Shown here: positions 20,820 through 30,612 of the stretch, one piece after another | Layout: every line of letters starts with the position of its first letter | Numbering within the stretch: the stretch's first letter is position 1 | Virus record (IMG/VR): IMGVR_UViG_3300010885_057925 | Span: 96,001-160,000 of that record | From: a virus | Strand: one strand, 5' to 3' | Length of the DNA stretch: 64,000 nucleotides | Notes under the pieces: model-generated | The model's input: the letters and a program-made list of their open reading frames with translations, nothing else | Database searches by the model: none | Told to the model about the DNA's origin: nothing | Made by a program: the position numbers and the translations under genes

Positions 20820-21287
20820 TCAAGTTCGATCAAACGCTCTTTTCACCATGACAATATTATCATGACAGATTCCGTGAAAATTAGTTTTTTCGTACAACTT
20901 TTTCGACCAGAAAGCTGATGTATCTGAAGGCTGGTTCACTACGCCTCCTGAGACAAAAACTTCCGGGAAAGTCCAGGGAATAGACTTGGATGTCATAGTC
21001 AACTTATCGTTCTCATGCCAGAACCAGTTTAAACCAGATTGATTCAAAAAAGAGATGCACTCTAGATTCTTTGCATGAACCCACAGCTTGCTTGACCTCT
21101 CAAGGAGAAATCTCTCATCTATTCTATTCTCAGGAAAATCATGACCTAGCTTGAGAGATCCATCGCTTAACCAAAGATCTATCTCAACGTCGAAATCAAG
21201 AGACAGAGCTAGATCTATTTGATCAGGAAGGTTCTCACGTTCTTTCAGCTTGCCTTCTAAATTTCCTCTGTGAGATATGAATATCAC
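20820..21287 (-). CDS. PLC-like/GDPD-like phosphodiesterase fold protein
   Basis: ISHRGN, EN, DVEIDLW, LGHD and LWVHAKN. Confidence 0.7.
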   Translation of the reverse strand: MIFISHRGNLEGKLKERENLPDQIDLALSLDFDVEIDLWLSDGSLKLGHDFPENRIDERFLLERSSKLWVHAKNLECISFLNQSGLNWFWHENDKLTMTSKSIPWTFPEVFVSGGVVNQPSDTSAFWSKKLYEKTNFHGICHDNIVMVKRAFDRT

Positions 21288-21997
21288 TTTGCGATCCTGA
21301 GGTATCGCTGCAGATCTTCTGGGGTCCCTATCCCATGCATTTTATGAACGTAGAAAGGAATGACGCTCTTGCTGTCTCCTATCATTTCATTGTAGACGGG
21401 AGCAATGTAGAACTCGTTATTAGTTCTGATATTCTTTTCTATCATGTCTTTTGCAGATCTAACGAAATCGGATCCCTTTCTGTACCAGTAAATTCCGCAA
21501 GTAGCTACATCAGATATTGGATTTTTTTCAGCAACCTCTGACACAAAACCGTCATCCACTTTAACAAAAGACCACTTCGGATGAACCGCGTTAAACGTAA
21601 AAACGATTCCATCGACCGACGTCATCTTTTTTACTGTCATGAAATTTTCCCTGCTAAACTCGATTATTTGATCTGAGTTTGCGATCAAGAGGTCATCGTC
21701 GTTGTTAATAAACTCTTCTGCTAGAAGCGCCGTGCAGGCTGCACCCTCTGTAAGAGAATCTACCTGAACTATTCTGCAGTTGCCGTTAGTCACTCTCTTT
21801 AAGAGAGAATGAATTCCATCGAACTTAGCAAGATGCTCTTTTCTAACCAGAAATATGTACTCAGCGTCAAAACCTAGATTTTCAATGACAGCCTGTATCA
21901 TGGGTCTACCATCTACGTCTATCAGGGGCTTCGGAAACGTGTACCCTTCAATCGAAAACCTTGAACCCTCACCCGCCATCGGAATTAGAACTTTCAT
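21284..21997 (-). CDS. Sugar-phosphate nucleotidyltransferase
   Basis: IPMAGEGSRF...PKPLI, TEGAACT, VAEKNPIS and GTPEDL. Confidence 0.88.
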   Translation of the reverse strand: MKVLIPMAGEGSRFSIEGYTFPKPLIDVDGRPMIQAVIENLGFDAEYIFLVRKEHLAKFDGIHSLLKRVTNGNCRIVQVDSLTEGAACTALLAEEFINNDDDLLIANSDQIIEFSRENFMTVKKMTSVDGIVFTFNAVHPKWSFVKVDDGFVSEVAEKNPISDVATCGIYWYRKGSDFVRSAKDMIEKNIRTNNEFYIAPVYNEMIGDSKSVIPFYVHKMHGIGTPEDLQRYLRIAK

Positions 21998-22622
21998 CTA
22001 TAAACTCCAAGTAATTTCTAAGATTCACATCTTCGAACCCCTTAACTGCCCAGAGGTATCTGGCAAGAGATTTCTTTGCAGATTCTATTCCCTTGTCAGA
22101 ATCTTCTACACAAAGCGTCTGCTCTGGATCTGAGTTGAGCTCTTTGATTGCGTAATCATAACAATCCGGGAACGGCTTGTTTCTTTTGACGTCTTCGTTG
22201 GTAACGATTCTGTCAAAATACTCGATTTGACCAGTCGAGTTAAGCATCTTCTCTGCAGTTTGTCTGATCGAGTTGGTCACGCAAGCAATTTTTACTTTAT
22301 TTTCTTTTAGAAATTGAAGAAGTTCAATTTTCTTTGGGTCAATCTCTGCGTTTCTTTCGATTATGTCGATCGTGTAATCTTGCTTCAGCTTCCAAATCAT
22401 TTCTGATTTTTCTCGATCTACTCCAAGAATCTCAAGCTTAACTTTGGTAGGGAGTCCGTTGAATTTTGATTCGTGATCCTCTCTTGATATCGTTACTCCA
22501 GCAACTTCGTAGAGAGCTTGATTCAGTGATTTGTAATGCCACTCACACGCATCGACCAAAACTCCATCAAGATCAAATAAAACGCAAGACACGTGCTTGC
22601 CGCTTTTTCCAAAATTTCTCAA
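21969..22622 (-). CDS. HAD-family phosphatase
   Basis: FDLDGVLVD, VTNS, KPFPD and VEDS. Confidence 0.9.
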   Translation of the reverse strand: MRNFGKSGKHVSCVLFDLDGVLVDACEWHYKSLNQALYEVAGVTISREDHESKFNGLPTKVKLEILGVDREKSEMIWKLKQDYTIDIIERNAEIDPKKIELLQFLKENKVKIACVTNSIRQTAEKMLNSTGQIEYFDRIVTNEDVKRNKPFPDCYDYAIKELNSDPEQTLCVEDSDKGIESAKKSLARYLWAVKGFEDVNLRNYLEFIDESSNSDGG

Positions 22623-22663
22623 ACTTACCCCTCTTTTATCGTTAGAAGATTAGACTGTCGTTG

Positions 22664-23311
22664 CTATCTCAAAGTAAACACTTTGTCCTCGACCCATGGT
22701 TTATCAAACGTTCTTCTCAAAAGAACAGTGTAGTCGAATCTACTAACTTTTGATCTGAAACTTGACATATGGTATCGTAGCATCGTCTCAGGATGACAAG
22801 GAACTCCCGCCGCTGAGTACTCGTTTATCTTATCATAAAGAGCGCAGTAGTGATTCATATTCTCATATGACGAGAAACAAAGCATGTCAAAAAGACCGCC
22901 TCTCCAGTCTCCTCCCTGAGGTATCCAGAGAGAACTCGGATCGAATTCGTTGATCTTCAGCGGACTGCAATACTTCACGTCGAACCTAGTCTTTAGGACA
23001 ACATCGTAATCTCCTTCGATTATGTCAAAAGACTTTTTGATGTTCTTCCACATCGCAAACACTGCAGCGGGATCAGTCTCAGGCGGCTTATTGTAGAAGC
23101 AAGAGTCTGATATCTTGCTCACGTTCTGATCTTTTGAATCTATGATTGTCTTTTTTGGATTGAAAAGCTTCACTGCTTCAGCGACTCTCTCTTCTTCATA
23201 AGCATGAAAGAATATGTCGCAGTCGTTGTAATTTAGTATGTTGCTTTCTAGAGACGGATAGCATTCATCAAAATTTCTAACGTCCCCGCTCAGTATTATC
23301 GCAACTTTCAT
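22664..23311 (-). CDS. Putative glycosyltransferase-like protein
   Basis: VAIILSGDVRNF...YDVVLKTRFDV...HPE pattern seen in glycan loci, plus island context. Confidence 0.5.
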   Translation of the reverse strand: MKVAIILSGDVRNFDECYPSLESNILNYNDCDIFFHAYEEERVAEAVKLFNPKKTIIDSKDQNVSKISDSCFYNKPPETDPAAVFAMWKNIKKSFDIIEGDYDVVLKTRFDVKYCSPLKINEFDPSSLWIPQGGDWRGGLFDMLCFSSYENMNHYCALYDKINEYSAAGVPCHPETMLRYHMSSFRSKVSRFDYTVLLRRTFDKPWVEDKVFTLR

Positions 23312-24132
23312 AGCTTGTTCTCGAACTTAGGCATAAGATCAAAGAAAAGCTCCATGTTTTCATTAGCTTCAAACGGTCTAATGGAGTGATATTCGCTCAG
23401 CTCTCCAGATCTAACAGCTTGCATCAACTCATCGCACACTCTGATTCTGCCGATCGATCTGTCGATTCTTCTAGAACCCCATTCGTTGTGAAAGTTAGTG
23501 ACAAGTTCTATCTTAGCTCCGGGTTCATCTCTTAACTTTTTTCTAATCAAAGAGCTAGAATAAGCTTCGTCGATGCCCCAGAGACTCATACCTTCTCTAA
23601 AGTTTGGAAGATTGACTCTCCAATCGTAGATCTTATGAAGCTCATCAGACCAGTTTTCGTTGATTTCGTGAATTGACTTGAATTGAGAACCAAAACCCAC
23701 GTGATGTGAGGATGGAAAATCAGCCCCAGGATGATTATATCCGTCGGAGAAACCTACAACGTATTTTCCATCTCTCAAAAACGCCTTGATCATTTTAAAG
23801 AATCTATCACCCAAAGGTATCTGATCTATTCCCGAGATCATACATCTGTCATTTTCAAATCTAGAAGCACCGTAGTACGCGCCCCAAGTGCACGTCCAAT
23901 CTCTCTGCTCAATCAATATGTCTGGAGATCTTTCTAAAAGAAAGATTTCTCCATGGTCGTCCGATAGCTTCTTTAGTTTTCTGAGCTCGTCGAACTCTTC
24001 TTGATTACCAGAGAAAAATAGCGTTGGGACAGTGTTAAACTTCTCATGATATACTTTCGATACAAAATTCCAGAAGCCTAAGTAATCAGAATTGTTTGTC
24101 AACGAAAAGATGACTCTATCAACTATTCTCAT
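23308..24132 (-). CDS. Putative GT-A-like protein
   Basis: SGIDQIPL (variant DxD) and WGIDE motifs, plus island context. Confidence 0.4.
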   Translation of the reverse strand: MRIVDRVIFSLTNNSDYLGFWNFVSKVYHEKFNTVPTLFFSGNQEEFDELRKLKKLSDDHGEIFLLERSPDILIEQRDWTCTWGAYYGASRFENDRCMISGIDQIPLGDRFFKMIKAFLRDGKYVVGFSDGYNHPGADFPSSHHVGFGSQFKSIHEINENWSDELHKIYDWRVNLPNFREGMSLWGIDEAYSSSLIRKKLRDEPGAKIELVTNFHNEWGSRRIDRSIGRIRVCDELMQAVRSGELSEYHSIRPFEANENMELFFDLMPKFENKL

Positions 24133-24814
24133 TTTTATCTCGCAAAGAATGGATTCTTCTCATCATCTCTGGATTCATATAATGAAAAGTTATCTTTTCG
24201 TCGGTTCCGAATGAATCGATATTTCCAGTGCAAAACTTTTCTGTGTGAATGAACCTGCACTCTCCTGAGTTTCTGAACCAGAATCCTATCGATATGTCGC
24301 TGTTATAAGCTGTTGGGAAATCTTTGGTATCTAGAAGGTATTTCTTGATGGCAGTAAAACACTCTCTAGTCATCACAAACCCTGCTCCTCCGCTGGGATA
24401 TGTCACCGGTAAGCTGCAGTCTCTACCTCTCAAACTTTGAAGGGGCATTCCTTGCTCAAGAGCATGATTCTCAGAGTAGTCATAGAAAACGTGGCCAAGA
24501 CAAGCTTTTTCATTGGGAGAAATTTTAAGCGACTTGATCTCTGCTTTTAACGAGCTAATATCAACGTAGGTGTCATCATCGCTGATCATAATGAAATCAA
24601 AGTCATCAAAATTCTCTAGAGACATCACGAAATAAGCTAACTTAAAAGGAACATACACGTAACCGGTAGGAAGAGTAGAGAAAGAAACCATATCGTTTCC
24701 TTCGCTGTCACCCACGAAGATGTATGCATCAGAATTTTTAGCGTAAGTTTCTCTAATCGCATCTTGAAGTGATCTGTTCTTATCACATGTTATGATTGCA
24801 TTTAGAATCTTCAA
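24119..24814 (-). CDS. Fringe/GT31-like beta-1,3-glycosyltransferase
   Basis: SDDDTYV, YPSGGAGFVMT, DISIGFW and ITFHYM, the motif order of Fringe/core-1 GalT enzymes. Confidence 0.75.
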   Translation of the reverse strand: MKILNAIITCDKNRSLQDAIRETYAKNSDAYIFVGDSEGNDMVSFSTLPTGYVYVPFKLAYFVMSLENFDDFDFIMISDDDTYVDISSLKAEIKSLKISPNEKACLGHVFYDYSENHALEQGMPLQSLRGRDCSLPVTYPSGGAGFVMTRECFTAIKKYLLDTKDFPTAYNSDISIGFWFRNSGECRFIHTEKFCTGNIDSFGTDEKITFHYMNPEMMRRIHSLRDKNENS

Positions 24815-25683
24815 ATTGCACGTCCTTCCGTCAAGATGTATAAGAGATGCTTAGATCTTACATCATAGCTATGATAATTTTCAGACCTTGCGCGACCAAG
24901 ATGAGCTATTTTCTCTCTTTCAGCATCGTTTCTGGTGAAATGATCTATTAGAGCCATGAGCTCGTCTGCGTTATGATAGACGACAATCTCCTCATTAATC
25001 TTGAAGAGTCTTTCGATATTAGGCGTGTAATTTGTGAGCAGCATCGCTCCAGAACCTGTAGCCTCAAAAGTTCTGAAGTTCACGTCGTCAGCGATGTTTA
25101 TGTTGAAAGCTATCTTGTAGCTTGACAGAGCTCGCACCATATCGTTTCCAATCACGAATATGTCGCGCTTCAAATTAAACTTTGACGATATCAGATTAAG
25201 CCAATTCTCTCTGTTGCCGATGAGAGAGCCGCAAAACCCAACGTCAACGTTTCTTTCAACGCTAGAGTCAGGCTTTATCAAATCAGAAGGATACCCATTC
25301 GGAAACCAGACAGCTGAGCTGACCAAACCTCTGAAGTGATCGATGTGCTGTATGTTGGACATCAAGAGAATGTCGAACTTGTGCTTGAGGCAATGAGCTT
25401 GATGATTCTGAAGAGAGCAATGAGAATCGATGCTCCAGAACAATTTCTTTCCCTTGAACTTTGAGATGTCTGGATGCCACCCAGAGTCATAATTCTCAAG
25501 GCTTAGCAGGGCATCACAATCTCTGGATATCTCGTCGAAAGGGACGGAAAAATTATTGTAATTCAACCCCCAAACGACAGCTTCATGACCGGCTCGCTCA
25601 ATTCCTCGCTTAAGGCACAGAGCCTCTCTGAACTCTCTATTTCCTTCGTTTCTTCCGCGTTCCTGTATCAGTAAGATCTTCAT
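24811..25683 (-). CDS. CgeB-like glycosyltransferase (GT-B)
   Basis: VGFCGS, YKIAFN, NFRTFEATGSGAMLLT and HSYDVR. Confidence 0.82.
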   Translation of the reverse strand: MKILLIQERGRNEGNREFREALCLKRGIERAGHEAVVWGLNYNNFSVPFDEISRDCDALLSLENYDSGWHPDISKFKGKKLFWSIDSHCSLQNHQAHCLKHKFDILLMSNIQHIDHFRGLVSSAVWFPNGYPSDLIKPDSSVERNVDVGFCGSLIGNRENWLNLISSKFNLKRDIFVIGNDMVRALSSYKIAFNINIADDVNFRTFEATGSGAMLLTNYTPNIERLFKINEEIVVYHNADELMALIDHFTRNDAEREKIAHLGRARSENYHSYDVRSKHLLYILTEGRAI

Positions 25684-26330
25684 ATGACTGCTCTCAACGC
25701 TGCTTTTTGCTCTTCAACAGCCACATCATTTTCATCGAATGCTAGACCCACAAACTCATCGCTGACGCGTTTGGTCGGAAATTGAATCTTTTGAAAGAAC
25801 TCATCATGAACAATCGAGAACTGAGCGACCTTTGGATAGATAATTTCGCGCAAGAAATTTTGATCAACTTGCCAAAAATCTCCCTTCACGTACTCACGAA
25901 TTAGATCGCTCATGTTACTGAGAAGCGGAGCTCTAGCTCCCCACATTCCTCCTAAAATCTCTGTAGCGTGGTGAGGGTGATCACGCATGATATGAAACAT
26001 CGCGCTGCTTCCGAGCCACTGCTTCACTGCAGCTACTTCACGAGCAGTTATCCTGCTATCGCAGTCTCGACTGATCATCACGTCAACGTCAGGGTCTGAG
26101 GCTGCCTCGAATCTCCAGAACATGCCCGTCCAGTCGCCGGGCTTCTTCATATCGATTACGTGTGCTCCACGATCATGAAGACCGCTGATCGTTTCAGAAG
26201 GAGTATTAGTACCTACATAAAAGCGGGCCTGCCATCCAGGATATAGTTCACTCACAAGCTCAGCGTTCCTAAGAGCTCCGATGTTATACTTTGGGTTATC
26301 ACCCCATAAAGAGTAAGAAACTACTCTCAT
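25680..26330 (-). CDS. Putative glycosyltransferase (GT-A-like)
   Basis: SYSLWG, MFWRF, SRDCDSR (DxD), MRDHPHH, LGGMWG and DQNFL. Confidence 0.6.
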   Translation of the reverse strand: MRVVSYSLWGDNPKYNIGALRNAELVSELYPGWQARFYVGTNTPSETISGLHDRGAHVIDMKKPGDWTGMFWRFEAASDPDVDVMISRDCDSRITAREVAAVKQWLGSSAMFHIMRDHPHHATEILGGMWGARAPLLSNMSDLIREYVKGDFWQVDQNFLREIIYPKVAQFSIVHDEFFQKIQFPTKRVSDEFVGLAFDENDVAVEEQKAALRAVI

Positions 26331-27916
26331 CGATTCAACCCGAACATGTGCTGAGCTCTTTGAGCGAACATCATGTGATCTCTCATCACGTGCTGATTGT
26401 TGACTGCGTACGTCATGTCGATACCCTCCTTCGTATTATCAGGGTGCTCATGGCGGATGATTACATCGTCCACATATGTTTGCTTTCCAAAAGCGAAAGC
26501 CACCTGCATAAACTCGTTATCACAGTAGAACGAGACGTAATCGGGGTGGTAGAGATAGCCGAAACGATCGTAGTATCTCTTTCCTAAAACGATCAGAGTG
26601 TTGAGCTTCTGCTTCTGATAACCATCGGAGAACCAGATGACACCATCTAGATCAGGGTAGTTCACCTTCATCTGCCGAATTATCTCGAGATCGTAACCCT
26701 CTCTTTCTGGAATCATATCGTCAGATGCTAGCAGGCAGATATCAAAATCTCGACCAGACATGTCAGCGTTGACAGCTTGAATCTTTGTCTTACTGTTGCC
26801 GTAGCAGACCTCAACGTTTTCGTACGACTCGAATCTTTTTCTGACTTCCTCGTTGTTCATCGTAGAATCGTCAAGATCACATGATACTAAGAACTTGACA
26901 TTCTTAGATCTGCTAAGATTTCTGTAGCTCTCAAGAACTGAGAAAAATTTCTCTGGACGACCGCGGGTTGGAAACTTCACCAGAAGATTGGGCTCTAAGT
27001 TTTCACGACCCGATATGATATCCAGAGTCCTCTGCCAGAAAACTGCTCTTCTATTGTGGAGCCACCTGAGAATGTTGAGAGGTTCGTACTCAAGCCACGT
27101 CTCTCCAACGTGCTGAACATTCTCGTTAGATATCACCTGACATCCCAATAACTTAGACTCAGTTACCATTCTATTAGAAACATCAGCTCCGCGTGGTAGA
27201 CAGACATAACCTTCAGAGTTAGACATAGCTTCTAAAACTTGATCTGGGCTCATGCTCTTGATCAAGCTGAAGATCTTGTCATTTTCCAGTAACCACTTCT
27301 TAGCGTCATCAGTTCCCTTTATCCACGAGTCGGAGTCAAGAGTCAGCCACCCAGACTTTTTTCTATTTGGAAGAGACTGGATAAGAGGAATAATCTTTTT
27401 GAAGAACTCGTCTCCAAATACCGCTGAGAGAACAGAGCAGTTTGCATTTTTCAAGCTTGGGAATCTATCGAAGTACCTTTGCATATGCTTCTGAGAGCAA
27501 AACCAAACTTGCCGAGCATTGAGATAGAACTGCTCAATTAGCTTGCCCCAGGGCTCAGCCTCGCAGCGGCACTCCTCACCGCCCTCTGCCAGATGTCTCT
27601 CAACCGATCTCCATCTACAGAACTTATAGTCATGCTCAAACACGGAGTAGCTAATTTTAGATAACGAAAAAGCGCTTATAAGAGTTGGATTCAATTGAGA
27701 AAAATTACCAAAGACCCAGTGACAGTTTGGTTGACTCTCTACCATCTCTCTAGTCAGATGAGCTGAGTGAACAGTGGCGAACGGAACAGGAGCTGAGCTA
27801 TGCAGAGCGTCCATTGACAGCTCAGCCCCTCCGACCAGATCTGACAGAAAAAAATCTTGAACAAAGATGATCTTAAACTCAGGCTTCTTTTGCTCTGAAA
27901 ATGGACTGTTGAACAT
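26327..27916 (-). CDS. Two-domain glycosyltransferase (GT-B N-terminus fused to GT2-like C-terminus)
   Basis: GGAELS...RMVTESKLLGC followed by KFPTRGRP, ASDDMIP, FYCDNE and HEHP. Confidence 0.78.
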   Translation of the reverse strand: MFNSPFSEQKKPEFKIIFVQDFFLSDLVGGAELSMDALHSSAPVPFATVHSAHLTREMVESQPNCHWVFGNFSQLNPTLISAFSLSKISYSVFEHDYKFCRWRSVERHLAEGGEECRCEAEPWGKLIEQFYLNARQVWFCSQKHMQRYFDRFPSLKNANCSVLSAVFGDEFFKKIIPLIQSLPNRKKSGWLTLDSDSWIKGTDDAKKWLLENDKIFSLIKSMSPDQVLEAMSNSEGYVCLPRGADVSNRMVTESKLLGCQVISNENVQHVGETWLEYEPLNILRWLHNRRAVFWQRTLDIISGRENLEPNLLVKFPTRGRPEKFFSVLESYRNLSRSKNVKFLVSCDLDDSTMNNEEVRKRFESYENVEVCYGNSKTKIQAVNADMSGRDFDICLLASDDMIPEREGYDLEIIRQMKVNYPDLDGVIWFSDGYQKQKLNTLIVLGKRYYDRFGYLYHPDYVSFYCDNEFMQVAFAFGKQTYVDDVIIRHEHPDNTKEGIDMTYAVNNQHVMRDHMMFAQRAQHMFGLNR

Positions 27917-27959
27917 AGTACATTATAAGACCCATGAACAAAACGAAAATGCAGATACA

Positions 27960-27989
27960 AAAATGGTCGGCCCGAAGACCGACCATTTT
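27960..27989. terminator. Intrinsic terminator hairpin (potentially bidirectional)
   Basis: AAAATGGTCGG-cccgaaga-CCGACCATTTT, directly after the fibre gene and separating it from the glycan island. Confidence 0.75.
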
Positions 27990-28003
27990 CTCAACTCAGC
28001 TGA

Positions 28004-30571
28004 TCACTTTTCGTCGAGCTCAGGAACTCTCTCGAGGAGGAACTTGTAACGCTTTCCGTTCTTGTTGAAGCGGATAGACAGGAAGTCAGATTCCTCGATC
28101 AAGGTGTAGCTACCGCGCTCGTTTCGGAGGTGTAAGTCTCCAGTGTAGATGTTAGCCCATCTGATTGAAGGTCCGCCGAGATCGAATTGGCTGTCCGCGC
28201 CTGGAAAGAATCCTTGACGTCCACCAGAGGCTGTAACATGCGAAATCAGCGCTCCATCAAGGTTGAACCTGTGAGCGATTGTGGCCTGGTTATTGACCGT
28301 GCTACCGCTGAGGGTGAGAGTAGTTACGCCAGTTCCTGCAGCGAGAATAACGTTCTGGTCGGCAGATCCAGAAATTGTTGTTGTATTAGTTACAGCATTG
28401 ATGAGAAGCTCTGCAACCCCATCTCTCTGGAAGACGAATCCGCCTGTTCCAACGTTCGCAGTAACCGTGCTACCGCTTACCGTCATCCCACCAGAGCCGA
28501 CTGCTCCGATATTGACCTGCTGGTTGCTTGCTCCCTGGAAGTTAGCACTGTTTCCAGCCGTTGTCAGAGTAAGAACTGTCTGGGTCGCATTGTTGAACTT
28601 GATATCGTTACCGTCAGCACGGAGAACAAGGTCCGCAGCAGCTCTGAGCCTTGCATCGCTTCCATCACCCTCAACAACAAGATACGCCGGAGCTCCGGTG
28701 TCTTTGACAAACGTTGCACCGCTAGCTCCGTGCGTCAGGGTAATACCGTTCGTACCGCTGAGAGCTAGAGCCACACCCGTGAGTGTTCCGACCTGCAGAG
28801 TGTTAGAAGCGTAGCTGATCGTTCCTCTTCCAGTATCGTTAAACTTTAGATTGACACCCAGCGTATTCGCGCTGAGATCGATGCTTGAGCCTGTCAGGAC
28901 CAGGCTGGTCGCTCCGCCTGCGGCGTCCATCGCAGCAATCTTGAACTCGGTTCCCGAGGTGCCGATAAGCTGACCGACTCTTGAACCGCTCCTCGTGAAG
29001 TTTGTAGCATTGCTGGTGTCTAGAGTGACAGTCGTACCGCTGACAACAAGAGCCTTTCCAGCAGCCGCTCCGAACTGCACATTTGTGCTTGAATCCTTGA
29101 GTTCTGCGAACTGAACGCCTGCTATCTCGAACGAAGTTCCCTTGCCCGTCGCTCCGTTGAGGGTGACGCTACCGTTGTTGGACTGGACTGTTGCTGCATC
29201 GGTAGCAAAGACCGTAAGGGCTGTTCCATTCGAAGACGTAACGTAGGCACTGGTTCCGTTGACCTCGAGCTTGCTTGCTCTGATGGGCTGCAGCGCTGAG
29301 ACCGTGATAGTCACATCTTCCGGAGTTGACGTTGTTCTTGTCGCTACGAAAGCTGAGTTGGAATTTGACCAACCGAAAGCAACGTTGTTACCAGCTCCCG
29401 TGATTCCGCCAATGAAGCCTCGATCTCCTGCGCTAGTAGCGACTGAGCCTGACAGGAAGCCGAATCCGACAAGCGGATCCTCGATCACGAGGTTACTGGC
29501 CGATACGGTCATTGTCGTGCCCTGAACTTCAAGGTCACCAGCGACTACAACTTTCGAAGCAGCTCCACCGAGCGTTAACGTGGTGGTTGATGCGCCACCG
29601 ACGTTGAGGGATGTTGCGGCTGTAGCGATATTACCTGCAGCTGCAGCAAAGACGATATCGTTACCAGAAACTGTGAGATCACCCGCAACCGTTGTGTCAT
29701 TTCCAGCGAACGTCGTTCCCTCGACGACCACGCTGCCACCAGTTGAGGAGATCGTTAGATTACCGGTACCGCTGTGCGTGACTGTCTGAGCGTTCCCAGA
29801 GAGTGTGATATTACCCGCGATATCAGCTGTCGAGTCAACGTCGAGCGCGCCTCTGACGTTTAATGTGTTACCAGTTCCGCTCTGTCCAACGTTGACGGTC
29901 GCTGCAGTGTTTCCGAGGTTGATAGTTGTAGGAGCAGTCGCGGTGATTGTGGTACCACCAACCGTCAATGAGCCTGCAACGGTTGTCGTGTCAGAGGTGG
30001 AATCACCGAGGAAAGTGCTTCCGCTGACAATCGCGTTGCCTTGAACCGTGAGGTTTCCAAGTGCCTGAAGAGCAGAGCCGCTGATGACGCCAAGACCACT
30101 GATGCTTGCGACAGTGTTTCCGTTCGCAAGATCTTTCACAGCGAATGAACCAGAAGTTACGATCGGCCCTGAGAAGAGAGCTGTGTTAGAAGACGTGTTG
30201 CTGCCTGACACAGCGAAGAATACGTCGGAGCCCTTGGTCGAAGCGGCAGCGCCGAATCCGATCGCAATTGACGATGTGGTGAATGCTGCGGTCGCGCCTG
30301 ACTCGGTGAACACACCAGCGCCACCACCACCAGTTGAAGCTGTGATCTCCCACTGACCGAGCGAGTTGTAGTTCGCAGTGATGTTCGGCCCACCAACGAC
30401 AAAGTTATCTCCAGCCCCAGTCTTCTGGAGCGAGCCGGTGATGTTACTGGCATAAACGTTACGCCACTTGCTTGAAGTTGATCCAAGATCGAACGTTGCC
30501 GACCCTGGAATAAGAGATCCAGTTACTGCGATGGTTCCAATAGAACCAGAGAGACTACCTACCAAAGCCAT
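28004..30571 (-). CDS. Tail-fibre/whisker-like structural protein
   Basis: 855 aa, G/S/T/A-rich beta repeats. C-terminal DLG..RWANIYTGDLHLRNERG domain shared with 30613-31524. Confidence 0.7.
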   Translation of the reverse strand: MALVGSLSGSIGTIAVTGSLIPGSATFDLGSTSSKWRNVYASNITGSLQKTGAGDNFVVGGPNITANYNSLGQWEITASTGGGGAGVFTESGATAAFTTSSIAIGFGAAASTKGSDVFFAVSGSNTSSNTALFSGPIVTSGSFAVKDLANGNTVASISGLGVISGSALQALGNLTVQGNAIVSGSTFLGDSTSDTTTVAGSLTVGGTTITATAPTTINLGNTAATVNVGQSGTGNTLNVRGALDVDSTADIAGNITLSGNAQTVTHSGTGNLTISSTGGSVVVEGTTFAGNDTTVAGDLTVSGNDIVFAAAAGNIATAATSLNVGGASTTTLTLGGAASKVVVAGDLEVQGTTMTVSASNLVIEDPLVGFGFLSGSVATSAGDRGFIGGITGAGNNVAFGWSNSNSAFVATRTTSTPEDVTITVSALQPIRASKLEVNGTSAYVTSSNGTALTVFATDAATVQSNNGSVTLNGATGKGTSFEIAGVQFAELKDSSTNVQFGAAAGKALVVSGTTVTLDTSNATNFTRSGSRVGQLIGTSGTEFKIAAMDAAGGATSLVLTGSSIDLSANTLGVNLKFNDTGRGTISYASNTLQVGTLTGVALALSGTNGITLTHGASGATFVKDTGAPAYLVVEGDGSDARLRAAADLVLRADGNDIKFNNATQTVLTLTTAGNSANFQGASNQQVNIGAVGSGGMTVSGSTVTANVGTGGFVFQRDGVAELLINAVTNTTTISGSADQNVILAAGTGVTTLTLSGSTVNNQATIAHRFNLDGALISHVTASGGRQGFFPGADSQFDLGGPSIRWANIYTGDLHLRNERGSYTLIEESDFLSIRFNKNGKRYKFLLERVPELDEK

Positions 30572-30593
30572 GTTATTTCTCCAGAGTCAGCTT

Positions 30594-30600
30594 TAACTAT
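30594..30600 (-). promoter_or_regulatory. ATANTTA putative late promoter
   Basis: ATAGTTA in the gap upstream of the fibre gene. Confidence 0.45.
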
Positions 30601-30612
30601 TAACAACGAAAG

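Noticed and set aside
7950-27916. Bacterial O-antigen/capsule locus
   Set aside because: There is no flippase, polymerase, exporter or priming transferase, and it is directly coupled to phage sigma and baseplate genes.
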